From the NCBI GenBank assembly GCA_046496945.1, contig JAWOGL010000232.1:1-56267 (forward strand): a stretch of 56,267 nt of DNA, in the 5' to 3' direction. The notes under the pieces were generated by a model. It searched no databases. It worked only from the letters and a program-made list of their open reading frames with translations, and was not told the origin of the DNA. This DNA comes from Desulfonatronovibrio sp. GTDB lineage: Bacteria; Desulfobacterota; Desulfovibrionia; Desulfovibrionales; Desulfonatronovibrionaceae. The number at the start of each line of letters is the position of its first letter. Positions within the stretch are counted from its first letter, which is position 1. Below, piece by piece: positions 6,993-17,606 of the stretch. The position numbers and the translations under genes are program-made.

Positions 6993-7748
6993 TTATGCCG
7001 AAACAATCTGCGAGAATGAATCAGCCTTTAAACTCGCTCCACCTACCAGCACTCCGTCCACATTGTCAAGCTGAATAATGGAAGAACAATTGTCAGGCTT
7101 AACGCTTCCGCCGTATAAAATCCTGACTTCATGGCCCTGGGCAAGCATCTGCTTAAGTTTTTCCCGGATAAAATCATGGGCATGAGAAATATCTTCCAGC
7201 CCGGCGGTTTCTCCGGTTCCAATAGCCCAGACCGGCTCATAAGCTATAACCATGTCCCTGGAAGAAATGTTTTTATCAACCCCGGCCAGTCCTTTTTCCA
7301 GCTGAGCGGCAAGGACTTCTTCAATGCGGCCCTGCTTGCGCTCCTCCAGCTGCTCACCTATACATAAGATAATCCTGAGTTTCTTTTGCAGACCAAAAGC
7401 AACCTTGCGGGCCAGAAAATCATCCTTTTCTCCCAGGACGTGTCTTCTTTCAGAATGTCCCACCAGGGCAAAGCTGCATCCGGCGTCAATCAGCTGTCCC
7501 GGGCTTATTTCACCGGTAAAGGCTCCTTCTTCTTCAGGATAAAAATTCTGACCCCCCAGAAAATATCCTGACTGACCGGCGAGCATTTCCTGTACACTTT
7601 TAAGAGAAGTAAACGCAGGTATCAATAAAACCTCCCTGTCCGGCGGAAGACCGGGGCCAAGGGCCACAATAAGTTCCCGGGCGGTCTGTCTGGCTTCTTC
7701 CCAGGATTTATGCATCTTCCAGTTGGCTGCCATTAATTTCTTGATCAT
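6993..7748 (-). CDS. tpiA: Triosephosphate isomerase
   Basis: ANWKM, GHSERR, AYEPVWAIGTG, YGGSVKP, LVGGASL. Confidence 0.98.
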   Translation of the reverse strand: MIKKLMAANWKMHKSWEEARQTARELIVALGPGLPPDREVLLIPAFTSLKSVQEMLAGQSGYFLGGQNFYPEEEGAFTGEISPGQLIDAGCSFALVGHSERRHVLGEKDDFLARKVAFGLQKKLRIILCIGEQLEERKQGRIEEVLAAQLEKGLAGVDKNISSRDMVIAYEPVWAIGTGETAGLEDISHAHDFIREKLKQMLAQGHEVRILYGGSVKPDNCSSIIQLDNVDGVLVGGASLKADSFSQIVSA

Positions 7749-7804
7749 GAGCTACTCCGTTGGTTTAGTGGCTTTCAGATGAAAGCCTGTCAGAAAAAAT
7801 AATA

Positions 7805-8014
7805 GACAGGATTAACAGGATTTGCAGGATAAGCAGTCATTGGCTGGGAGCCACTGATTGCTTGGGCCATCGCCAAAGGCGAATGACAACCTTTTATTTT
7901 GGCTTCCGGCTTGCCTGGCTGAATAGCTTCCAGGGCTAGGCCGTAGGGCATTCAACCGGGGCCAAAACAAAAACGATTCTTCTTAATCCATCTTTTAATC
8001 CTGTTCATCCTGTC
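7805..8014. repeat. Palindromic intergenic element (MITE/REP-like) between pgk and tpiA
   Basis: 18-bp terminal inverted repeat gacaggattaacaggatt / aatcctgttcatcctgtc (1 mismatch), plus internal inverted repeats such as ttttggcttccgg...ccggggccaaaa. Confidence 0.65.
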
Positions 8015-8078
8015 ATAATATTTTCTTTTTTTTATTGGATTGCCGGTATCGCCCCTGTTGGGTATATCTCTAAAACAA

Positions 8079-9260
8079 TTAATCTGCCTTCTCCTCCAGG
8101 GCCTTAAAGCCGGGCAGGGTTTTGCCTTCAAGAAACTCCATGAATGAACCTCCTCCGGTAGAAATAAAGCTGAACTTATCTGCTATGCCCAGAGTATGGA
8201 CCAGGGCGTCAGTATCCCCTCCACCGACTATGGTTTCAGCAGGGAGATCCGCGATAAGATCGGCGATATTATACGATCCCTGAGCAAAAGCCCGGTTTTC
8301 AAAAGCCCCCATGGGTCCGTTCCAGACAATGGTTCCGGCCTTGTTAAGGACTTCGGCAAACAGGGTGCAGGTGGCCGGACCTATATCCAGGGCCATTTTA
8401 CTGTCTGGAATATCCTGAAAAGGAACTACCTCCAGACCTTCATTGCTCTCCAGGTCTTTGCCCACGATAAAATCCACTGGCAGGTAAAAACCGATCTTGT
8501 TCTCCCTGGCCTTTTGCATGATATTTCTGGCGTCATCCAGAAGATCCTCCTCCACCAGAGACTTGCCGGTGGAGTACCCCATGGCTCGGATAAATGTATT
8601 GGCCATGGCCCCGCCTATAACCATGGCATCCACCCTGTCCATGAGATTACTCAAAACTCCCAGCTTGGAAGAGACTTTGGCTCCGCCTGACACCAGCACG
8701 AAAGGCTTTGCCGGATCCGCTATTCTGGAAAGGTACTCCCATTCCTTTTTCAGCAGCATCCCCCCCATACACAGGTCAAAATTCCTGGTTACTCCCACCA
8801 CCGAGGCATGGGCCCGGTGACAGACCCCAAAAGCGTCATTAACATAGATCTCTCCCATTTTGGAGAGCTCCCGGGAAAAATCCGGGGAATTTTCCTTTTC
8901 GCCAGGGTGGAATCTCAGGTTTTCAAGCATAAGTATCTGGCCGGGCTCAAGTTTTTCGGCCATGGATAAAGATTCCTGCCCAATGCAGTCCGGGGCCATA
9001 GAGACTTCTCTGCCCAGGAGTTCTCCGAGGCGCCTGGCTACAGGAACAAGGGAAAGATTCTGGTCTGGTTCTCCTTTGGGTTTGCCCAGATGAGAGCAGA
9101 TCACAAGGGAAGCGTTTTTCTCCAGAGCCAGTTTTAGGGTGTCCAGGCTGGCTTTTATCCTGTTGTCATCCTGGATCTCTCCGTTTTTCAGGGGCACATT
9201 ATAGTCAACCCTGACCAGAAGTTTTTTTCCGGATATGTCCTGGGTATCAATAAAATTCAT
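8079..9260 (-). CDS. pgk: Phosphoglycerate kinase
   Basis: RVDYNVP, SHLGKP, LENLRF, VNDAFG..HRAHAS, GGAKVSSK, STGGGS. Confidence 0.98.
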   Translation of the reverse strand: MNFIDTQDISGKKLLVRVDYNVPLKNGEIQDDNRIKASLDTLKLALEKNASLVICSHLGKPKGEPDQNLSLVPVARRLGELLGREVSMAPDCIGQESLSMAEKLEPGQILMLENLRFHPGEKENSPDFSRELSKMGEIYVNDAFGVCHRAHASVVGVTRNFDLCMGGMLLKKEWEYLSRIADPAKPFVLVSGGAKVSSKLGVLSNLMDRVDAMVIGGAMANTFIRAMGYSTGKSLVEEDLLDDARNIMQKARENKIGFYLPVDFIVGKDLESNEGLEVVPFQDIPDSKMALDIGPATCTLFAEVLNKAGTIVWNGPMGAFENRAFAQGSYNIADLIADLPAETIVGGGDTDALVHTLGIADKFSFISTGGGSFMEFLEGKTLPGFKALEEKAD

Positions 9261-9417
9261 ATTTCCTCCTGAAGATGATTTGCAGCTGTTTACCGTGTTT
9301 TTATGATCAAACCCAAAGAATAAGGCCGGCCTCTGGTGATGGCAAACAGATAAAATAATCTTAACAGTTTGTTGATAAAGTCCTTACCCGGCAGACTTTT
9401 AAAAACGTGCCGGGCTA

Positions 9418-10689
9418 CTAATCCCATGTGCGCTGGTCTATAATGCCGGGTCCTGCTTCAGGAAATTCCTTGTCGTTTGAAGAAATTACAACCTCAGCCC
9501 TGAGCTTGATTTTTTCCTGAAACGCCCTGGAAACCGGCAGGGTATCCATATCTACAGGAGCCAGGATGAAAAGAGTCAGCCTGTCCCTGCCTCCTGGATT
9601 GGCCGCGGTAAGTTTCCAGGATCTGATCTCTGAAAAATCTTTCAGGGCTTCTGCTACCTGACCCGGATATACAAACTGCCCTTTGACTTTTATAGTATCG
9701 TCCACCCGCCCCAGAATGCCGGCAAGCCTGGGGGCGGTGCGCCCGCACAGGCACTCTTCTTCATGCAGCACAGATAAATCGCCGGTGGCCAGCCGAATCA
9801 GGGGATAAGCCGGGTTGAACGGGGTAACCACGACTTCGCCCACTTCTCCGGCAGGCAGGGGTTTCCTGGTCTGGGGGTCGCAGATTTCTACATAGCATCT
9901 GCTGGAAAGATGCATCCCGCAGTTTTCAGGGCATTCATAGGCTATACAGCCCAGATCGGCTGTACCATAACCCTGGCGCACCCGCATGCCCAGGCGCTCT
10001 TCCAGTTCTGACCGCAAAGCCTGGGTAAGTCTTTCCGCGGCGACAAATGCGACCTTGAGTCTGAAATCATTTTTCAGATCCAGTCCCTTATTCTCAGCTT
10101 TGTCCGCGATGATTTTCAGGAAACTGGCCATGCCCACAAACCCGCTCACTCCCAGCCTGGTCATTGCTTCAATCTGACCCTCGGTATTGCCCGGTCCGGC
10201 AGGAAACACGCTGCAGCCTATCTCGTGCAGGGGTTCTTCCATCATCAGCCCGGCTGGAGTGAAATGATAGCTGAAGGTCATTTGAACAATATCAGACCGG
10301 CGAAACCCGGCCGCGTAAAATGCCTCGGCAAAACCCCAGTAATCACGATTTCTGGCCTCGGGATCAACAATAGGCCCCGGAGACATGTAAATATGACGAA
10401 GATCCCCCGGGCTGCAGGTCAGAAGCCCTCCAAGATCCGGCCCTTGAGTCTGAAGCCGGACCAGATCCTTTTTGGGTAGTACCGGTATACGCGGCCAGTC
10501 ATCAATATTTTTGATGTCCCCGGGGCTCAGGCCCGCGCCGTCCATTCTTTTTTTCAGGGCCGGGGACTTTTCATAAGCAAAATCCAGGAGTTCCTTGAGC
10601 CTATCCCGGTAATAGGCGGAGCGCTGCTCCCTGCTCAAGATTTCCAGATCATGGAAAAAACCTTTATCTCTTATTATCTGATGTTTCAT
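9418..10689 (-). CDS. Phenylacetate-CoA ligase family protein
   Basis: PaaK-like YGTADLG, PLIRLATGD, CxCGRT..RL..ILGRVDD..KVKG. Confidence 0.88.
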   Translation of the reverse strand: MKHQIIRDKGFFHDLEILSREQRSAYYRDRLKELLDFAYEKSPALKKRMDGAGLSPGDIKNIDDWPRIPVLPKKDLVRLQTQGPDLGGLLTCSPGDLRHIYMSPGPIVDPEARNRDYWGFAEAFYAAGFRRSDIVQMTFSYHFTPAGLMMEEPLHEIGCSVFPAGPGNTEGQIEAMTRLGVSGFVGMASFLKIIADKAENKGLDLKNDFRLKVAFVAAERLTQALRSELEERLGMRVRQGYGTADLGCIAYECPENCGMHLSSRCYVEICDPQTRKPLPAGEVGEVVVTPFNPAYPLIRLATGDLSVLHEEECLCGRTAPRLAGILGRVDDTIKVKGQFVYPGQVAEALKDFSEIRSWKLTAANPGGRDRLTLFILAPVDMDTLPVSRAFQEKIKLRAEVVISSNDKEFPEAGPGIIDQRTWD

Positions 10690-10692
10690 GTC

Positions 10693-11490
10693 CTAACCAA
10701 GCCACCTTTTGCGTCTTCTGTAATGCTTAACATTACGGTAACTTCTTTTTTCTCCGGAACTGCCGATACCTAAGTAAAATTCCTGCACATCAGGGTTTTC
10801 AAGGAGGTTTTTGGCCAGGCCATCCAGAACAATACGGCCGTTTTCCAGAATATATCCATGGCTGGCAATGCTCAGGGCTGCCCTGGCATTTTGCTCAACC
10901 AGAAGAATTGTAACCCCTTCTTCCCTGTTCACCCTTTTGATGATCTCAAAGATTTCATCAACCAGAAGAGGAGCAAGTCCCAGGGAAGGTTCGTCCAGGA
11001 GCAGAAGCCTGGGTTTGGCCATGAGCGCCCGGCCAATGGCCAGCATCTGCTGTTCACCGCCGGATAAATATCCGGCAAGCTGTTTTCTTCGCTCTTTAAG
11101 TCTTGGGAAATATTCAAAAACCATCTCTCTGGAAGGGACAAACTCTTTCCCGGGCCTGATAAATCCTCCGCATCTAAGATTCTCCTCCACACTCAAGTCT
11201 TCGAATATCCTTCTTCCCTCCATTACCTGGAAAATGCCCAGGCGTACTATTTTTTCAGGCCAGAGTTTGTGAACGGGCCGGCCTTCATAATTAACCGACC
11301 CTTCAGTAATCTCCCCGTCTTCTGTGGCCAGAAGTCCGGAAATAGACTTGAGAGTAGTGGATTTGCCGGCCCCGTTGGAACCAAGCAGAGCCGTAATAGA
11401 ACCTTTTTCCACTTTGATGGACAGGCCTTTGAGCACAAGGACCACATCGTTATAAACAACTTCAAGGTTCTCAACACTGAGAATATTCAA
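10693..11490 (-). CDS. ABC transporter ATP-binding protein (LivF-like)
   Basis: GSNGAGKST, LSGGEQQMLAIGRAL, LDEPSLGLAP. Confidence 0.93.
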   Translation of the reverse strand: MNILSVENLEVVYNDVVLVLKGLSIKVEKGSITALLGSNGAGKSTTLKSISGLLATEDGEITEGSVNYEGRPVHKLWPEKIVRLGIFQVMEGRRIFEDLSVEENLRCGGFIRPGKEFVPSREMVFEYFPRLKERRKQLAGYLSGGEQQMLAIGRALMAKPRLLLLDEPSLGLAPLLVDEIFEIIKRVNREEGVTILLVEQNARAALSIASHGYILENGRIVLDGLAKNLLENPDVQEFYLGIGSSGEKRSYRNVKHYRRRKRWLG

Positions 11491-11519
11491 ACCTTACTCC
11501 AAAGTTATGGGGTTGGATA

Positions 11520-12683
11520 TTATTTGCCCAGCCATTCATCTCTTCTTTCCAGAGTTTTGGTGGTAATCAGTTCCATACCGTCTTCATGCAGACGGTAAAT
11601 ATTAACCGACATATTGGGCCGGTGATCATCCGGATAAAAACTGATGGGCGGAGTCAGACCCATGGGATCAAAATCACGCAGCGTTCTGGCCGCGTCCCTG
11701 ATGCCCTTTCCGGTCAGCTCTCCTTTTTCCGAGGCAATCCTGATGGCTTCAGCCATGACATACATGGAAGCAAAACCGCGGATATAATGAGTCATTTGAG
11801 GCTCTCCCCCGGTTATTTCTTCAATGACTTCCATTCCCGGGACATCTTCTCCGTAAGTCACGGCGGCCTGCAGCCCGATATGCCCGTTGACCGCTTTGCC
11901 TGCCAGGGAAAGAAGCTGCTCATCGCTTCCCCAGATATTGGTAATAAAGGTGGAATCCATGTTCAATCTCCGGGCATCCTTGAGGATTACCGCGGTAGAA
12001 GAAATGGTCCCTCCAACCCAGACATAATCCGGTTTATTTCGGTTAAGCCTGATAAGCTGCGTGGTGGCGTCCATGTCTCCCAGGCCTACATTTTCCTCCC
12101 CAACCACCTCAAAGCCAAGCTCCTGGGCATACTCCTTTCCCGCTGGAATCGGGGCCAGGCCGTACGGGTGATTGGGATAGACAAAGGCGAACCTGGGGGC
12201 CCTGTCTTTATCCCATTCACTGTACAGGTAATCCAGGACTCCGCGCAGCTGGGTGGAATAATCCGCCGCAATAAAAAAATTATACGGCGCCGCTTCCGGA
12301 TCAGTCAGATGGGCTGAATAAGAAGCAGAAAAATTTGGAATCTGGTCCCGGGCCACATGACGGACCAGAGCCTCGGTGTCTCCTGTACCCCAGCCCTGCA
12401 GGGCCACAATCCCCTTGCTCTTGAACCTGTTGTACGCAGATATGGCCTGCTGAACATTATAAGCGTAATCAACCTGCATCAGATCAATTTTCTGACCGTC
12501 AATTCCGCCTTGTTCGTTGATATACTTGACGCAATCCTTGACTCCTTCAGCGTAAGGCCTGCCCACGTCTGAAGTGGCCCCGCTCAAATCTGAAATCAGA
12601 CCGACCTTGATCTCGGCCTGAGCTGTACCGGTTCCCAGGAAAACAATGGTAAACAATAAAATAAAAAGCCATAAACGTTTCAT
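11520..12683 (-). CDS. ABC transporter periplasmic substrate-binding protein (Liv/PBP type 1)
   Basis: Signal peptide; IKVGLISDLSG, INEQGGIDG; operon context. Confidence 0.9.
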   Translation of the reverse strand: MKRLWLFILLFTIVFLGTGTAQAEIKVGLISDLSGATSDVGRPYAEGVKDCVKYINEQGGIDGQKIDLMQVDYAYNVQQAISAYNRFKSKGIVALQGWGTGDTEALVRHVARDQIPNFSASYSAHLTDPEAAPYNFFIAADYSTQLRGVLDYLYSEWDKDRAPRFAFVYPNHPYGLAPIPAGKEYAQELGFEVVGEENVGLGDMDATTQLIRLNRNKPDYVWVGGTISSTAVILKDARRLNMDSTFITNIWGSDEQLLSLAGKAVNGHIGLQAAVTYGEDVPGMEVIEEITGGEPQMTHYIRGFASMYVMAEAIRIASEKGELTGKGIRDAARTLRDFDPMGLTPPISFYPDDHRPNMSVNIYRLHEDGMELITTKTLERRDEWLGK

Positions 12684-12751
12684 GCCCTACCCCCTGTTGG
12701 TTGAAATGCGATAATTATTCCTCAGCCGGCAAATGGACTTTAAGCGTACCT

Positions 12752-13798
12752 TTAATGAGCAAACGGATGCAGCTTGAAATACGCCTTGGCCAGCTGCCAG
12801 CGCCTGGCCAGGCCGTCCGGCTCAAATATAAGAAAAAGCACCAGTATCAGGCCGAATATTCCATCGCGCATGGCCAGAAAATACGTGCTGATATTGGGGA
12901 AAAAGCCGCTGAGCAGATTGGCCAGGAATCCCAGGCCCTCCGGCAGAAGGGTCAGAAAGACCGCTCCAAAAACACTGCCCAGGACACTCCCCAGCCCCCC
13001 TATGACGATCATGGCCAGGTATTGTATGGAAAGGCCGATCTCAAACTGTTCCGGGGTAATATACATGGTATAGTGGGCCCAGAGACCTCCGGCGATGCCG
13101 GCCAGGAATGAACTTATCCCAAAGGCCTGCAGCTTGTAATAAAACAGATTAATGCCCACGGACTCGGCTGAAAGATGAAAATCCCGGATAGCCACAAAGG
13201 CCCGGCCTGATCTGGTGCGCATGATATTTTTCACGATCAGGACAGCCAGGACTGCAAAAACCAGGGTCAGGTAAAACATCTTGGGATCAGTATCAAAGCT
13301 GTATCCAAATATTACCGGAACATCCAGCCCCATACCCGTGGCTCCTCCGGTAACGCTTTTCCAGTGCATGAACACATATACCAGGATAAGCTGGGCAGCC
13401 AGAGTGGCTATGGCCAGATAAATTCCCTTGAGCCTCAGGGAAGGTATCCCGAAAATCATCCCCACCAGGGCGGTCACCGCCCCCCCGGCCAAAAGGGCGG
13501 CTAAAAACGGCCAGCCATTAAGGGTACATATGCCGGTGGTATACGCGCCCACTCCGATAAAAGCGCCGTGCCCAAGGGATATCTGCCCGCAGGCTCCGGT
13601 GAGCAGGTTAAGGGATACCGCTCCGATAACCGCGATATTGATCATGCTGAGCAAAGACACCTGATAAGAGCTGAGAAAAAAAGGAGCTGCCAGAAGAACC
13701 AGGAAAAACAGAGCAACGCTGGATTTTTGAAAACGCGTATGAAAGATCTGACTCTCTTTGGCGTAAGTAGTAAAAAACAGACCGCATTTACCCTGCAT
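12752..13798 (-). CDS. ABC transporter permease (LivM-like)
   Basis: LNLLTG..GQISLGH, LRLKGIYLAIATLA, GRAFVAIRD, IGGLGS. Confidence 0.92.
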   Translation of the reverse strand: MQGKCGLFFTTYAKESQIFHTRFQKSSVALFFLVLLAAPFFLSSYQVSLLSMINIAVIGAVSLNLLTGACGQISLGHGAFIGVGAYTTGICTLNGWPFLAALLAGGAVTALVGMIFGIPSLRLKGIYLAIATLAAQLILVYVFMHWKSVTGGATGMGLDVPVIFGYSFDTDPKMFYLTLVFAVLAVLIVKNIMRTRSGRAFVAIRDFHLSAESVGINLFYYKLQAFGISSFLAGIAGGLWAHYTMYITPEQFEIGLSIQYLAMIVIGGLGSVLGSVFGAVFLTLLPEGLGFLANLLSGFFPNISTYFLAMRDGIFGLILVLFLIFEPDGLARRWQLAKAYFKLHPFAH

Positions 13799-13801
13799 GG
13801 C

Positions 13802-14689
13802 TTAGACTCTCTCTATTTCATGGGTTCCAAAGAGCCCATATGGTTTGATCATCAGAATAATAACCAGTATAAAATACGCGGCCACCTCCCTGAAACCGGC
13901 CAGCCCCAGAAACTGCTGAGCCAGTCCGTCGGACACGTTTTCCAGAACTCCGATAATCAGACCACCCAGGGCCGCTCCCAGCAGACTGTCCAGACCACCA
14001 AGGATAACCGCGGGAAAGACCTTTAATCCCAGGTGTCCCAGCTGAGGGGTTATTCCGTTGATATTTCCCAGAATAATCCCTCCAATGCTCGAAACTACAG
14101 CCGCAATACACCAGGACATGGCAAAGATATTTTTAACCCCGATGCCCATAGACTGAGCTGCCTGCTGATCAAAAGCAGTGGCCCTCATGGCGATACCCAT
14201 GGTGGAATACTTGAAGAAGAGGGAAAAAACAACAAAGAGGATCACTGAAAGACAGAACGCGGCAATATAAACCGGGGCCACCGGCAGCCCCAGAATCCAG
14301 ACCGGGTCGGCCGGCAAGACCTGGGGATAGACCCTGACCTGAGTGCCCCAGAAAAGTTGAATAACCGCCTTGAGCACGGTGGAAAGACCTATGGTGACCA
14401 TAATCACACTGATTACCGGCTCACCGATCATGGGTCTCAGGATCACTCTTTCCAGACTGAGCCCCAGAATCACCGAAAAAATAAGGGTCATAAAAAAAGA
14501 GACCAGAAAAGGAAGCCCCATCTGCACTGTAAGGGCAAAACAGATATACGCCCCGAACATGACCAGCTCACCCTGGGCAAAATTAACAACCTTGGTTGCC
14601 TTGTAAATAATAACAAACCCCAGGGCCACCAGGCTGTATATGCTGCCTATGACCAGACCGTTTAGCACCAGATGGAGATAGTATTCCAT
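13802..14689 (-). CDS. ABC transporter permease (LivH-like)
   Basis: GSIYSLVALGF, VNFAQGE, GIAMRATA, ILGGLDS; probable start at MEYYL. Confidence 0.92.
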   Translation of the reverse strand: MEYYLHLVLNGLVIGSIYSLVALGFVIIYKATKVVNFAQGELVMFGAYICFALTVQMGLPFLVSFFMTLIFSVILGLSLERVILRPMIGEPVISVIMVTIGLSTVLKAVIQLFWGTQVRVYPQVLPADPVWILGLPVAPVYIAAFCLSVILFVVFSLFFKYSTMGIAMRATAFDQQAAQSMGIGVKNIFAMSWCIAAVVSSIGGIILGNINGITPQLGHLGLKVFPAVILGGLDSLLGAALGGLIIGVLENVSDGLAQQFLGLAGFREVAAYFILVIILMIKPYGLFGTHEIERV

Positions 14690-14875
14690 GTAACTTCTCT
14701 TGCCTGAGTTTAGACCGTAGAGACAACAGGGCATTGTCTCCTTATCAGTCTGTGTGGGTTAATAACAAATGTGTCTGTTCTCTATATATTAATTGTCCGC
14801 CGCTGAATTGAAGGATAACCCCTGATTGACCGGTGGTTTTGGTTAACAGCCTGTTGAAAAAGTCCGTACCAGGTA

Positions 14876-16765
14876 CTAATAGATATCCATTATAGCGATT
14901 CGTCCCTTCATTTCCCGGATACCGCCATCCTGATACTGGATTCTGGCTGTCATATCCACATGGTCATCATCAGTATACAGACTGTTTATCAGGTGGTCGT
15001 AACGCTCTCCCACCACTTTTCGCCTGATCTTTCTGGTCCTGGTCAGTTCGCCGTCATCCGGATCGAGCTCCTTAAAGAGCAGGGCAAACCGCCTGATTCT
15101 GGTATTTTCCGGGATGGTTTGGTTAATCCCGCGCACTTCATCGGCCACCAGATGATAGACCTCATTTTTGGAAGCCAGATCCTGGTAGGTAGTATAGGTA
15201 AGGAGCTTGCTTTCACTCCATCTGCCCACGATTTCCTCATCAATGCACACGATGGCCGCGATATATTCCTTGTCCTTGCCCACTACCACTGCCTCGCGGA
15301 TATAAGGTGAGAACTTGAGCTTGTTTTCCATGAACTGCGGTGAAAACCTGGTTCCGTCAGCCAGTTCCATTACATCCTTGAGCCGGTCAATAACCACCAG
15401 CTGCCCGTTGTCCTTAAAATACCCGGCATCTCCGGACAATAGCCATCCGTCCGCGGACAGGGTTTCCCGGGTGGCATCTTCATCCTGGTAATAACCCTGA
15501 AAAACAGCTCCGGACCGGGACAGTATTTCGCCGTCTTCTGAAATTCTTATTTCAGTTCCGGGAATAGGCTGGCCCACCGTATCAAAATCAATATAGCCGT
15601 CACGGTGAATGCAGGAAATGCCCGCGATCTCGGTTTGCCCGTATATTTGTTTGAGATTTACACCCATGGCGTGAAAAAACTTGAATGTGTCCGGCCCCAG
15701 GGCAGCCCCGCCGGTAGTAGCTGAACGGATCCTGGTAAAACCCAGGCGGTCCCTGAGAGACTTGAACAGAAGAAACTGGGAAAGCAGATAAAGCGTACTA
15801 AGCAGCCCGCCCGCGGGCTTTCGGTTTAATCTGCACTCCGCCATCCGGATGCCGATGGCCATGCACTTATTATAGATAAACCTTTTCAGCCTGGTGGTTT
15901 CCATAATGCGGACCTGGATGCTGGCCGCCAGATTTTCCCACACCCTTGGCGGAGAAAATATAATATGCGGCCCGATTTCCCGGATATCGCTTTGAACGGT
16001 GCTTTGTTCTTCAGGAAAATTAACGCAGAATCCGTAAACAAGGGCTGACGCCACCGCCATCATCTGCTCGCCCATCCAGGCCAGAGGAAGAAACGAGACA
16101 AACTCGTCATCCCTGTGCCTGGGGTCAACCTGTCCCAGATTATGGGCCATGCAAAGCAGGTTGGCATGGGAAAGCATGGCCAGCTTGGGCCTGCCTGTTG
16201 TACCGGAAGTGGTGGCGATGAGGCAGGTATCCTGCGGTGAAAGTTGATTGACCCGGTCTTCAAAAAAATTCTTATGGCTCCGGCCTCTCCGGCGGACCTC
16301 TTCAAAAGGAAGAAGGCCTTTGTCTTCATATTTTATCAGTCCTTTTGGATCATGATAAACAATGTGTTCAAGGTGAGATACTCTGTCCCGCAGGGACAGC
16401 ATTTTATCCACCTGCTCCTGGTCTTCAGCAATGACCAGCCTGCAGCCGGTGAGTTCAAAGATGTATTCAATCTCGCCGGCCTGGACATCCTGGTAGACCC
16501 CCAGCGCCATCCCCCCCAGACTTTGTATGGCGATCTCGGCCCACAACCATTCAGGACGGTTGTCTCCGATAAGGACTATCACGTCTCCTTTGCCCAGTCC
16601 CAGTTCTTTAAGACCACCGGCGAACTCGGCTGTGATATCAAGATAATCCTGCCAGGAATATGTTTGCCATATACCCCATTCCTTTTCCCGCAGGGCGGTT
16701 GTGGAACCGAATTTTGCGGCGTTTTCAATAAGCAGCCCGGGCAGAGTAGTGTTATGATCTGTCAT
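14876..16765 (-). CDS. Long-chain acyl-CoA synthetase (AMP-binding)
   Basis: TSGTTGRPK, YGQTE, GWLLSGDAG, IDRLKD, ELTRTRKIRR. Confidence 0.92.
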   Translation of the reverse strand: MTDHNTTLPGLLIENAAKFGSTTALREKEWGIWQTYSWQDYLDITAEFAGGLKELGLGKGDVIVLIGDNRPEWLWAEIAIQSLGGMALGVYQDVQAGEIEYIFELTGCRLVIAEDQEQVDKMLSLRDRVSHLEHIVYHDPKGLIKYEDKGLLPFEEVRRRGRSHKNFFEDRVNQLSPQDTCLIATTSGTTGRPKLAMLSHANLLCMAHNLGQVDPRHRDDEFVSFLPLAWMGEQMMAVASALVYGFCVNFPEEQSTVQSDIREIGPHIIFSPPRVWENLAASIQVRIMETTRLKRFIYNKCMAIGIRMAECRLNRKPAGGLLSTLYLLSQFLLFKSLRDRLGFTRIRSATTGGAALGPDTFKFFHAMGVNLKQIYGQTEIAGISCIHRDGYIDFDTVGQPIPGTEIRISEDGEILSRSGAVFQGYYQDEDATRETLSADGWLLSGDAGYFKDNGQLVVIDRLKDVMELADGTRFSPQFMENKLKFSPYIREAVVVGKDKEYIAAIVCIDEEIVGRWSESKLLTYTTYQDLASKNEVYHLVADEVRGINQTIPENTRIRRFALLFKELDPDDGELTRTRKIRRKVVGERYDHLINSLYTDDDHVDMTARIQYQDGGIREMKGRIAIMDIY

Positions 16766-16821
16766 ATATTTTAACTCAGGGATTCAAGGTTCATTAGTCG
16801 ACATTAGAAACAGAATACAGT

Positions 16822-17604
16822 CTATATTCCCAGAAAAGCGGCATTTTCTCCTCCCAGATAAGCGGCGATCACATCCGGATTGGACTGTACTTCCCGGGGA
16901 GAACCCTCTGCCAGAACCTGACCAAAGTCCAGCACCACCACCTTGTCTGAAATGTCCATAACCACACCCATGTCATGCTCTACCAGAAGCACGGTTATTT
17001 TCCATTCCTCGTTTATATCCAGGATATATCTGGCCATTTCCTCGGTTTCTTCCAGATTCATTCCGGCCATAGGCTCATCCAGAAGAATCAGTTTTGGCTC
17101 GGCAGCCAGAGCCCGGCCCAGCTCCACCAGCTTCTGAACCCCGTAGGGCAGGCTCCCGGCAATCTTATGCCTGTATGCGGAAAGACCCAGAAAGTCGATA
17201 ATCTCTTCCACTTTTCTGCGGTGTCTGTCTTCTTCTTTTCTGGCGGGTCCAAAATAGATCAGCGAAGCCAGAAGACCGCAGTTAATCCGGCTGTGCCGGC
17301 CCACCATAAGATTATCCAGGACACTCATGCCCTTAAACAGGGCAATGTTCTGAAAAGTCCTGGACAGCCCCGAACCCAGCCTGGAATGGGCAGGAAGAGT
17401 CAGGATATCTTTGCCGTGCAGATTAATCAAACCGCTGTCAGGATGATACCGGCCGCTGATGCAGTTAAGCATACTGGTTTTTCCGGCTCCGTTAGGTCCG
17501 ATAAGAGAGACAACCTGGCCAGTGCCAACAGTAAAGCCCACATCCATAAGCGCGGCAATGCCTTTAAATGTCAGGGTTACGTCCCGGACTTCCAGAAGAG
17601 CCAT
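16822..17604 (-). CDS. ABC transporter ATP-binding protein (LivG-like)
   Basis: GPNGAGKT, RTFQN, LPYGVQK, LDEPMAGMN, VEHDM; alternative start at 17619. Confidence 0.92.
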   Translation of the reverse strand: MALLEVRDVTLTFKGIAALMDVGFTVGTGQVVSLIGPNGAGKTSMLNCISGRYHPDSGLINLHGKDILTLPAHSRLGSGLSRTFQNIALFKGMSVLDNLMVGRHSRINCGLLASLIYFGPARKEEDRHRRKVEEIIDFLGLSAYRHKIAGSLPYGVQKLVELGRALAAEPKLILLDEPMAGMNLEETEEMARYILDINEEWKITVLLVEHDMGVVMDISDKVVVLDFGQVLAEGSPREVQSNPDVIAAYLGGENAAFLGI

Positions 17605-17606
17605 TT

